A stretch of DNA of 49,835 bases from an uncultured Planctomycetia bacterium. GTDB taxonomy: Bacteria > Planctomycetota > UBA8108. Both the position numbers and the translations under genes were made by a program. The stretch lies in assembly GCA_964478085.1 (NCBI GenBank), contig CAYZGY010000001.1:1-49835 (forward strand), in the 5' to 3' direction. The notes under the pieces are model-generated. The model was not told the origin of the DNA. It worked only from the letters and a program-made list of their open reading frames with translations, and made no database searches. Shown here in pieces: positions 1 to 7,919 of this stretch; the first letter of the stretch is position 1; each line of letters starts with the position of its first letter.

Positions 1-135
1 CTCGGGCGAATCGGCCGCTTGGACGCCGAATCGACTTCTTCAACGGGCTGTTAGCATTGGCGAGTTTCAGCGACGAAGAGTTCGGGCGAATCGGCCGCTT
101 GGACGCCGAATCGACTTCTTCAACGGGCTGCTAGC
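1..135. repeat. 55-bp direct repeat, two copies (1-55 and 81-135), 53/55 identical, separated by a 25-bp spacer
   Basis: Read directly. The sequence CTCGGGCGAATCGGCCGCTTGGACGCCGAATCGACTTCTTCAACGGGCTGTTAGC recurs 80 bp later with two substitutions. Each copy can be read as ...GRIGRLDAESTSSTGC-stop (TAG at 52-54 and 132-134), but in different frames. The left copy touches the window edge. Confidence 0.85.
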
Positions 136-204
136 CGTCGTTCCAGAAATCCTGGAACTCCCCGGCGAATTTCGAGTCTCGAGAGGTGTAGCTTCTAAGA
201 CCCT

Positions 205-2496
205 TTGAGACACGGAGTTCGGTCTATGCTCTCGCGCCTCGCGCCCCTCGCCGCCGTAGCGGCCCTAAGCGTCCTTATCGTAACGATTTCCAGCTGCGGT
301 GGCAAAGACGCCAAGAGAACCGGAGGCGTCGCGTCCACGAAGAACGAGGCGAACTTCGAGGCTGCCGACGCGATCCAGGCCGACGCGATCCAGGCCGACA
401 CGATCCAAGCCGGGCCCACGAAGAGAGCGGCCCCGAAGACGGCAGCCGTCCCCGCTCCGGGAGAGGCGGCCCGAACGGGCTCGCGCAAGGAGTATGATCT
501 GCGCGGCGGTGACCGCGAGCGCCGAATCGCCGAACGCGCGCTCCGCGAGCGACGTTCCGGACAGACCTCCGACGCGGCCGCTCCCGAAGACAGCCCCGTC
601 GCCGCCGATCCGTCCGGAGCTCCCGTGCCGCGAGGAAAATCCGACTCGAACCAGAGTCAGAAGCAGAACGAGCAGAACGAGCAGACCGAGAAGACCGCCT
701 CTGCTGAACAACCGGCGCAGAGCCCGGTCGCTGGAAAGCCGAACGATGGAAAGCCGAACGATGGAAAGCCGGGCAGCTCTGTGCCGGGACGCGAGGAGCC
801 GGGACGCGAGGAGCCGGGAATCTCGAACGCGAAGCGTGAGGAGAACGCTCTCACCCTCAAGCAGCGCATCGACAACATCCTCTCGAAGCTCGACCGCCGC
901 CCCGAGGAATTACCCAAGGCGATGTTCTTCCGCTACTGGGGTGACAACTCCTTCATCGAGACCAGCCACGACGCCCTCTCGACCTTCGGTGTCGACGTCG
1001 ACACGGCGAGCTACACGCTCGGCCGCAACTACCTCTACCAGCGCGGCGTCCTCCCGCCCGCGCGTGCGGTCCGCACCGAGGAGTTCGTCAATTACTTCAA
1101 GGGTGGCTACGAACCGCCGAAGGCGGACGCGGGCGCCTTCGCGATCCACACCGACCTCGCCCCGTCTCCGTTCGCGCACGACGAGGGCTACCAGCTTCTG
1201 CGCGTCGGACTCAAAGCCTTCACGGTGACGCGCGAAAAGCGCCAAGCCTGCTCGCTCGTCTTCGTCGTCGATACGTCGGGCTCGATGCGTTCCGGCAACC
1301 GCCTCGAGCTCGTGAAGTCGGGACTCAGACTTCTCGTCAACGAGCTCGACGAAGGCGACAAGATCGGCATCGTCGCGTTCGACCGCAAGTCGCGCGTCAT
1401 CCTCGAGCCGACCGACGCCGGCGAAAAGGAGCGCATCCTCGCGGGCATCAACAGCCTCCACCCGCGCTCGAACACGAACCTCAACGCGGGCATGACGATG
1501 GGCTACGACATGGCCGCGCGCCATTTCGACGCGACCGCGTCGAACCGCGTCCTACTGCTCTCGGACGGCGTCGCGAACACCGGCACGACCGATCGCCATC
1601 TCATCCTGCAGAACGTCAGCACGCAGCGCGCGAAGGGTATCTACCTGACGACGATCGGCGTCGGCATGGGCAACCACAACGATGTGCTCCTCGAGCAGCT
1701 CGCCGACAAGGGCAACGGCCAGTGCGTCTACGTCGACCGCATCGACGAGGCGCGCAAAGTCTTCGTCGACAACCTGACCGGCACGCTCCAGGCGGTCGCG
1801 AAGGACGTCAAGATCCAGCTCGAGTTCGACAAGGAGCGCGTGCTTCGCTACCGACAGATCGGCTACGAGAACCGCGCCGTCGCCGACAAGGACTTCCGCA
1901 ACAACAAGGTCGACGCGGGTGAAGTCGGCGCCGGGCACGAGGTCACCGCGCTCTACGAGATCAAGCTCGCGAAGGACACGAGCCAACAGAAGGTCGACGA
2001 GGACCCCTCGCTCGCGACGGTCCGTGTTCGTTACTTGACCATCGAGCACGGCGAAGCCGTCGAGCTCGAGCAGGACGTCCATCGGAGCGCGCTCGTCGAG
2101 AAGTTCGAGAACGCCGCCCCGCGCTTTCAGCTCGCCGCTTGCGTCGCCGAGTTCTCGGAGATCCTCCGCGACAGCTACTGGGCCCGAGGCAGCGATCTCG
2201 ACAAGGTCGCCGACCGCGTCGAGGGCCTCGGCACGTCGACCGAAGTCGGCGCGGACAAGGACGTCGTCGAGCTCATCGCGCTGATGCGCAAGGCTGACGC
2301 GCTCGTCCGTGTGCGCAACAGCTCGGTCGACGAGGTCGCGATGGTCGTCGACGCGATCCAGGAGAACAACTGGATGCAGGCTCGCGCGCAGACCCTCCCC
2401 GTTCGCACCCGCGAGGAGTCGCTGCAGTACATCGAGGATCTGCGCAAGCAGAGCGCGCAGCTTCGAGCGCGCCTCGAGAACCTGATGTCGAACTGA
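205..2496 (+). CDS. Secreted or lipoprotein von Willebrand factor type A protein, YfbK-like (vWA N-terminal region + VWA + DUF3520-like C-terminal region)
   Basis: The 763-aa ORF has a signal peptide with a lipobox-like LIVTISSC-GG. A low-complexity linker follows. Next comes FFRYWGDNSFIETSHDALSTFGVDVDTASY (vWA N-terminal type), then the MIDAS-type motif VFVVDTSGSM, then a long conserved tail. Position 205 is TTG; an in-frame ATG at 226 (MLSRLAPL...) is an equally plausible start. Confidence 0.88.
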   Translation: MRHGVRSMLSRLAPLAAVAALSVLIVTISSCGGKDAKRTGGVASTKNEANFEAADAIQADAIQADTIQAGPTKRAAPKTAAVPAPGEAARTGSRKEYDLRGGDRERRIAERALRERRSGQTSDAAAPEDSPVAADPSGAPVPRGKSDSNQSQKQNEQNEQTEKTASAEQPAQSPVAGKPNDGKPNDGKPGSSVPGREEPGREEPGISNAKREENALTLKQRIDNILSKLDRRPEELPKAMFFRYWGDNSFIETSHDALSTFGVDVDTASYTLGRNYLYQRGVLPPARAVRTEEFVNYFKGGYEPPKADAGAFAIHTDLAPSPFAHDEGYQLLRVGLKAFTVTREKRQACSLVFVVDTSGSMRSGNRLELVKSGLRLLVNELDEGDKIGIVAFDRKSRVILEPTDAGEKERILAGINSLHPRSNTNLNAGMTMGYDMAARHFDATASNRVLLLSDGVANTGTTDRHLILQNVSTQRAKGIYLTTIGVGMGNHNDVLLEQLADKGNGQCVYVDRIDEARKVFVDNLTGTLQAVAKDVKIQLEFDKERVLRYRQIGYENRAVADKDFRNNKVDAGEVGAGHEVTALYEIKLAKDTSQQKVDEDPSLATVRVRYLTIEHGEAVELEQDVHRSALVEKFENAAPRFQLAACVAEFSEILRDSYWARGSDLDKVADRVEGLGTSTEVGADKDVVELIALMRKADALVRVRNSSVDEVAMVVDAIQENNWMQARAQTLPVRTREESLQYIEDLRKQSAQLRARLENLMSN
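364..819 (+). repeat. Four independent in-frame short tandem repeats inside the disordered linker of the vWA protein
   Basis: The repeats are: 15-bp x3 at 364-408 (ADAIQ); 9-bp x3 at 664-690 (QNE); 15-bp x2.6 at 733-771 (GKPND); 15-bp x2.4 at 784-819 (PGREE). All were read from the nucleotide sequence. Confidence 0.9.
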
Positions 2497-2581
2497 CGTC
2501 CGACGGACCGCGAACGAACATCGACCGAGAACTCGCGCCTCGAAAGATTTCAGCGAGCAACTGAGCCAGATAGAATGACGG

Positions 2582-2619
2582 GCTGGTTTGCGGAGACGCA
2601 GACCAGTCTGTTTTCTTTC
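2582..2619 (+). terminator. Rho-independent terminator candidate after the vWA gene
   Basis: Stem GCTGGTTTGCG / CGCAGACCAG (about 10 bp, one G-U pair), loop GAGA, followed by CTGTTTTCTTTCG. It lies 86 nt after the stop codon. Confidence 0.6.
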
Positions 2620-2645
2620 GTAGCGAAACTCAGAGCTCAGTCGAC

Positions 2646-5600
2646 ATGACCCGCGCGCTTCTCCTCGCGACGATTCTCGCCGCCGCCGTTCCGTTCCACA
2701 CTCACGCCGACGACGCTGGCAAGAAGGCCGGCAAGAAGCCCGAAGGGCCGATTCGTGCGCTCTTGGTCACGGGTGGATGCTGCCACGACTACGGCAACCA
2801 GAAGGAGATCCTGCCCAAGGGAATCTCGGCGCGCGCTCCCGTCGAGTGGACGATCGCCCACCAAGGCGGTAGCTCGACGAACGCGAAGATCTCGGTCTAC
2901 GAGGATCCGAACTGGGCGGACGAGTTCGACGTCATCGTCCACAACGAGTGCTTCGCGCATCAACGCGACCTCAAGTGGCTCGACCGCATCTTGAAACCGC
3001 ACCGCGATGGCAAGCCTGCCGTCGTGATTCACTGCGCGATGCACTGCTACCGCGCGAAGACGCAAGAGTGGTTCGAGTTCGTCGGCGTCACCTCGCATCG
3101 CCACGGAAGCCACTACCCCTTCGAGGTTCTCAACCTCGCCGAGAAGGACCCCATCATGGCGAAGCTCGGGAAGAGCTGGATGACGCCGAAAGGCGAGCTC
3201 TACCTCATCTCGAAGGTATGGCCGAACGCGACGCCGCTCGCTCACGCGATGAGCAAGGATACGAAGAAGCACGAAGTCTGTGTCTGGAAGAACCTCTTCG
3301 GTAAGAAGAAGACGCGCGTCTTCGGCACGACGATCGGTCATCACAACGAGACGATGGCCCAGGACGAGTACATCGACATGGTCACCCGCGGACTGCTCTG
3401 GTCCGTCAATCGTCTCGACGAGAAGCTCATCGAGACGCACACGAAGTCCGGCGCGTCTCCGACGATTCACGAGCTGAAGAAGAAGCCGACGGCCGAACCG
3501 AAGAAGACCGAACCGAAGAAGACCGAACCGAAGAAGACCGGGCCGAAGAAGACCGGGCCGAAGAAGACCGGGCCGAAGAAGACCGACACGCCGAAAACCG
3601 CCTCCGGCAAGCTCGTCCCGAAGAATCTCGCGTTCGGAAAGAAGGCGAGCGCCTCGTCGACGCAAGGAGGTCGCCCCGCCTCGGACGCGCTCGACGGCGT
3701 CAACGGGACTCGCTGGTGTGCCTCGAACGGCTCGGCGCCACAGTGGTTCCAGGTCGATCTCGGCGAGCCCGAAAACGTCAAGAGCTGCGCGATTCGCTGG
3801 GAGTTCCCCGACGCACCTTACGGCTACACGGTCGAAGGATCGAGCGACGGCAAGGCGTGGCGCAAGCTCGCAGACGCGAGCGACATGAAGAGACGCGCGA
3901 CGGTCCATCAGCACAACGTCGACGGCAAGGGCGTGCGCTACTTGCGCATCTCGGTTTCCAAGCTCAATCCCGGCGCGTGGGCGAGCATCTGGGAGCTCTC
4001 GGTCTACGGCGACGAGCTCGTCGATGCGGTCGCGCAAATGGCGGCCGAAGAGAAGCGCCAACGCTCTGGCAAGCTCCGCTCGGTCAAGGCGCCGCCGGAA
4101 TTCGACGTGACGCTCTTCGCCGAGCCGCCCGACATCAGCTACCCGACGGCCGTCTGCACGGGCCCGCAAGGCGAGGTTTTCGTCTCGATCGACGAGAACA
4201 GCTCGCTCGGCCGAGGGACGAATCGCGGACGTATCGTCCGTTGCGTCGACACGGATCAGGACGGCGTCGCCGACGAGTTCACGAAGTTCGTCCCGCAGAT
4301 CGAAAGTCCGCGAGGGACGTTTTTCGACGGCGAGTGGCTCTACGTCATCCACCAGCCGTTCTTTTCGCGGTATCGTGACACGAATGGTGACGGTGTCGCC
4401 GACGACTCCGAAGTCCTCGTCAAGGGCATCGGATTCACGCTCAAAGAGCGCCCGGCCGATCACACCTCGAACGGTGTGCGCATGGGCATCGACGGTTGGC
4501 TTTACCTCGCGATCGGCGACTTCGGCTTTCGAAACGCCGTCGCGAAAGATGGAACGAAGCTCGAGCTCCACGGTGGCGGCGTCGTTCGGGTTCGACCCGA
4601 CGGCACGGAGCTCGAGCTCTACTGTTTCGGCAACCGCAACATCTACGACGTCGCGGTCTCGCCGCTCCTCGACGGTTTCGTCCGCGACAACACGAACGAC
4701 GGCGGCGGATGGGACATCCGCATGAGTCACATCGTGCAGCACGCGCACTACGGCTACCCGTCGCTCTACAAGCGCTTCAACGACGAAATCCTGCAGCCGC
4801 TCGCGATCTACGGCACGGGTTCGGGCACGGCCGCGCTCTGGACCTACGAATCGGCTCTGCCGAAGGGATTCGAGAACACGCTCTTCACCTGCGATTGGGG
4901 ACGCAACCACATCTACCGCCACCCGCTCGCCGCGAAGGGCTCGTCGTTCACGGCGCAGCAGGAGCGCTTCCTCCAAATCCCGCGCCCGACCGATCTCGAC
5001 GTCGACGCAGCCGGGAACATCACGGCCGCGAGTTGGCAGGGCGGGCAGTATCGCTACGGCGGGCCGAACGTCGGCTTCCTCGTGCAGCTGCGTCCGAAGG
5101 ATCGTGCGGGCCCCGGCACGCAGTTGCCGGATCTCTCGAAGCTCGCGCCGACGGATCTCGTCAAGCTCATCGCGCGGCCGAGCCACGTCGCCGCGATTCA
5201 GGCACAACGAGAGCTTCATCGTCGGAAAGACGGTTTCTCCGAGTCCGTCGTCGCCGGGCTTCGCGCGATCATAGATTCTGATGAATCGATCGAGACGCGC
5301 GTCGCCGCTCTCTTCACGCTCAAGCAAGGTCTCGGCACGAAAGCGACGAAGGACCTCGTCGCCTTCGCGAAGGACGCGAGTCTACGCGAGTTCGCCCTGC
5401 GCGCTCTCGCCGACCGCAGGAGCGAGCTCGACGGCGTCCCTTCGGATCTCTTTGTCGCGGCGCTCAACGACGCGAACGATCGCGTACGCCTCCAAGCGCT
5501 CGCCGGCCTCGCACGGATCGGAAACACCGAGCCGGCGTCGAAGATGATTCCGCTTACCTCCGACGAAGATCCCGTCCTCGTCCACTCGGCGGTCAAGGCG

Positions 5601-6905
5601 CTCGTTCTCCTCAACGCGCACGATGCTCTCGTCGACTCGGTGGTCGCGGGAAGACACCTCCGAGGCTCCTTCCAAGCGCTCCGCGAGCTGCACAGCTCCG
5701 AGACCGTCTCACGCCTCATCGACGCGCTCGCTGAAAGCGAAAACGCGGAGGCGCGCCAGGGCCTCGCGACGACGCTCGCGCGACTCTACTTCCGAGAGGC
5801 TCCGTGGGACGGTAAGAGCTGGGGAACGCGCCCCGACACGACCGGGCCGTACTACCGCCATGAGACTTGGGGCGACAGCGGCCGGATTGCGGCCGCGCTC
5901 CTCGACGCGGCCGCCAAGGACGAAGCGCTCGCGCCGCACATCTTCGCGCAACTCGATCGTCACCGCGTCTCGCTCCCCGAAGCGACGGGGAAGATTGTCG
6001 CGCTCGCCTCGAAGAACGACGAGCTCCTGCCGCTCGCCGTATCGGCGCTTTCGCGTCAGCAGAAGATCGATGGCGCGGGACAGGCGATCTTCGCCAAAGC
6101 TGTCGCGCGCGCAGCCGGAAGCGATCCGGCTTCGAAGCGCGAGAGCTTCGCGAAGCTCCTCCGCCTCGCCGGCGAACGCCGCACCTCGAAGCCGGCTCGG
6201 GAAGCGATCCGCCGCGCTCTCGATGAAGCGTGGAAGGACGCAGGCAACAAACCCGCGCTCCTCGGCGCGACGGCCGACACGAAGTTCCGCCCCTTCTCCG
6301 TCCGCGTCATCACCCACCTCGACGACGAGGATCCCGAAATCAAGAAACAGGCACTCGTCGCCGCGAAGAGGATGAAGCTGAAGCGCGAGAACGCGAAGGT
6401 TCCGACCGAAGCTCCGCCCGTGAAGAAGGGCCCGACCGTCGCTAAGCTCGGCATCGGCAAGGCCACGAAGCGCGCGCTCGCCGCCAAGGGAGACCTGAAG
6501 CTCGGCGCGAAGCTCTTCGAAGAGTCGAAGTGCGGCAACTGCCACACGGTCTCGCCGAAAGAGAAGATCAAAGGCCCGTTTCTCGGCGGCATCGGCACTC
6601 GCTACAACCCGGCGCAGGTCGCCGAGTCCATCCTCGAGCCGAGCAAGACGGTCGCGCAGGGCTTCCCGACGCAAGTGCTCGTCCTCAACACGGGACAGGT
6701 CGTCCAAGGCTTCGTCGTCCAAGAGAGCGCCGACGAGGTCGAGATCCGTGGAGGCGAAGGCGAGCCCGCCCTGATCAAGAAGAGCACGATTCTCCAGCGC
6801 AAGACCGACAAGGGCTCGGTGATGCCGAAAGGCCTCGTCGACAAGCTGAGCCCTGAGGAGCTCGCGTCGCTGATCGCGTATCTGCGGTCGTTGCCGGCGA
6901 AATGA
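2646..6905 (+). CDS. Secreted multidomain protein: ThuA-like domain, PKKTE/G linker, F5/8 type C (discoidin) domain, dehydrogenase-like beta-propeller, HEAT repeats, C-terminal c-type haem-binding domain
   Basis: 1419-aa ORF with a signal peptide.
- PIRALLVTGGCCHDYG...TTIGHHNE is ThuA-like.
- DALDGVNGTRWCAS...WFQVDLGE...IWELSVYG is discoidin.
- GRIVRCVDTDQDGVADEF and DTNGDGVADD match the planctomycete membrane-bound dehydrogenase type.
- The HEAT-like region is LNDANDRVRLQALAGLARIG.
- CGNCH lies at 6531-6545, followed by a ...MPKGL...EELASLIAYL tail. Confidence 0.9.
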   Translation: MTRALLLATILAAAVPFHTHADDAGKKAGKKPEGPIRALLVTGGCCHDYGNQKEILPKGISARAPVEWTIAHQGGSSTNAKISVYEDPNWADEFDVIVHNECFAHQRDLKWLDRILKPHRDGKPAVVIHCAMHCYRAKTQEWFEFVGVTSHRHGSHYPFEVLNLAEKDPIMAKLGKSWMTPKGELYLISKVWPNATPLAHAMSKDTKKHEVCVWKNLFGKKKTRVFGTTIGHHNETMAQDEYIDMVTRGLLWSVNRLDEKLIETHTKSGASPTIHELKKKPTAEPKKTEPKKTEPKKTGPKKTGPKKTGPKKTDTPKTASGKLVPKNLAFGKKASASSTQGGRPASDALDGVNGTRWCASNGSAPQWFQVDLGEPENVKSCAIRWEFPDAPYGYTVEGSSDGKAWRKLADASDMKRRATVHQHNVDGKGVRYLRISVSKLNPGAWASIWELSVYGDELVDAVAQMAAEEKRQRSGKLRSVKAPPEFDVTLFAEPPDISYPTAVCTGPQGEVFVSIDENSSLGRGTNRGRIVRCVDTDQDGVADEFTKFVPQIESPRGTFFDGEWLYVIHQPFFSRYRDTNGDGVADDSEVLVKGIGFTLKERPADHTSNGVRMGIDGWLYLAIGDFGFRNAVAKDGTKLELHGGGVVRVRPDGTELELYCFGNRNIYDVAVSPLLDGFVRDNTNDGGGWDIRMSHIVQHAHYGYPSLYKRFNDEILQPLAIYGTGSGTAALWTYESALPKGFENTLFTCDWGRNHIYRHPLAAKGSSFTAQQERFLQIPRPTDLDVDAAGNITAASWQGGQYRYGGPNVGFLVQLRPKDRAGPGTQLPDLSKLAPTDLVKLIARPSHVAAIQAQRELHRRKDGFSESVVAGLRAIIDSDESIETRVAALFTLKQGLGTKATKDLVAFAKDASLREFALRALADRRSELDGVPSDLFVAALNDANDRVRLQALAGLARIGNTEPASKMIPLTSDEDPVLVHSAVKALVLLNAHDALVDSVVAGRHLRGSFQALRELHSSETVSRLIDALAESENAEARQGLATTLARLYFREAPWDGKSWGTRPDTTGPYYRHETWGDSGRIAAALLDAAAKDEALAPHIFAQLDRHRVSLPEATGKIVALASKNDELLPLAVSALSRQQKIDGAGQAIFAKAVARAAGSDPASKRESFAKLLRLAGERRTSKPAREAIRRALDEAWKDAGNKPALLGATADTKFRPFSVRVITHLDDEDPEIKKQALVAAKRMKLKRENAKVPTEAPPVKKGPTVAKLGIGKATKRALAAKGDLKLGAKLFEESKCGNCHTVSPKEKIKGPFLGGIGTRYNPAQVAESILEPSKTVAQGFPTQVLVLNTGQVVQGFVVQESADEVEIRGGEGEPALIKKSTILQRKTDKGSVMPKGLVDKLSPEELASLIAYLRSLPAK
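3498..3587 (+). repeat. Six tandem 15-bp units encoding (PKKTE)x2-(PKKTG)x3-PKKTD, forming the linker between the ThuA and discoidin domains
   Basis: CCGAAGAAGACCGAA x2, then CCGAAGAAGACCGGG x3, then CCGAAGAAGACCGAC, read directly. Confidence 0.92.
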
Positions 6906-6939
6906 AGAAGGAAGAACACGGCCGATAAGTCGCCCTGGG

Positions 6940-7918
6940 GTGGACGATCACGCAGGTCGCTGGCTCCTTTGGACGGGATCGCCCGATGATTCGTTCTGGG
7001 AGCAACCGGAAGTCGCCGCGACTCAGAATTTCGCGCTCCTCGCGAATGTCGGGATCATCCTTCTCACCATATCGCTTCTGTCCATCGATGTCGTCGTGCG
7101 CCGTCATCAACGCCTGCTCGAGAACCAAAACCGCGCGCTCGAAAGTGCCGTCGAGGAGCGCACTCGAGATCTGCGAGAGGCGAGAGACGCCGCGCTCGCA
7201 GCCGATGACGCGAAGAGCCAGTCTCTGGCGAACATGAGCCACGAGATTCGAATCCCGCTGAACGGCGTCATCGGAATGGCGGATCTTCTCGAAAAGACGG
7301 AGCTCGATGGCGAGCAACGAGAGTTCATACGAACGATTCGCACCAGCGGAGAAACTCTGCTCACTGTCATCAGCGATGTGCTCGATCTGTCGAAGATCGA
7401 GTCCGGAAATATCGATCTCGAAGAGATCCCGTTCGATCTCGCCGAGAGCATCGAGGACTCGGTGAGCCTCTTGGCCGCGCGTGCGGCCGCGCGAGACATA
7501 GAGCTGATCTGCGACGTCGCGAGATCGTCGTCTCCGCCGACATCGTCGACACGACAGACGACACCGAGCGGTCCGACGTAACGTTGGAGATCTCGGTCCG
7601 CGACACGCGAATCGGCATCGAGCCAGAACGACTCGAGACGATCTTCTCCCCCTTCGTTCAAGCCGACTCGTCAACGACCCGACGATTCGGCGGAACTGGT
7701 CTGGGCCTGACGATCTGCCAGAGGGCCGCCACGTTCCGATTATCGCCCAAACAGCGAACTCGCGACCCGATGACGCCAGCCATTGTGAAGAGGCCGGAAT
7801 GGACGGATTCCTCTGCAAACCGATTCGCTACGAGAAGCTCATTCGGACGTTGCTCGAGTCGACTTCGGCTGGAAGCCCCGTGCGTGCGTCGGTCTCGAAC
7901 GAAACTCCACCCGCGTGA
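6940..7918 (+). pseudogene. Eroded hybrid sensor histidine kinase (TM + HisKA, partial HATPase_c, C-terminal third of a receiver domain) spread over three reading frames
   Basis: - Frame 1 (6940 to about 7521): TM segment and H-box [18 protein letters not shown]...ELICDV.
- Frame 3 (about 7515-7728): EIVVSADIV...[45 protein letters not shown]. The N-box region is missing and the G1 box reads DTRIGI instead of DTGIGI.
- Frame 2 (7730-7918): [43 protein letters not shown], which is the end of a REC domain only. Confidence 0.75.
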
Positions 7919-7919
7919 C

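Noticed and set aside
1-135. A possible CRISPR array.
   Set aside because: Only two copies are visible. The repeat (55 bp) is longer than the spacer (25 bp), and no cas genes are present in the window.
2637-5327. Very long antisense ORFs opposite the real genes. Examples are 2637-5327(-), 5709-6722(-), 14923-17031(-), 21997-23871(+), 25054-27330(+), 27397-29511(+), 36303-37610(+), 41580-42743(+) and 44698-45729(-).
   Set aside because: Their translations are monotonous Arg/Ala/Asp/Val/Gly-rich strings with no recognisable motifs. Each fully overlaps a strand-opposite ORF with clear domain signatures. This is the typical stop-codon-poor antisense frame of G+C-rich DNA.
7500-7740. Programmed ribosomal frameshifting in the histidine kinase.
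   Set aside because: At both frame changes, conserved domain segments (the N-box region, most of the receiver) are physically missing. A frameshift would not restore a functional protein.
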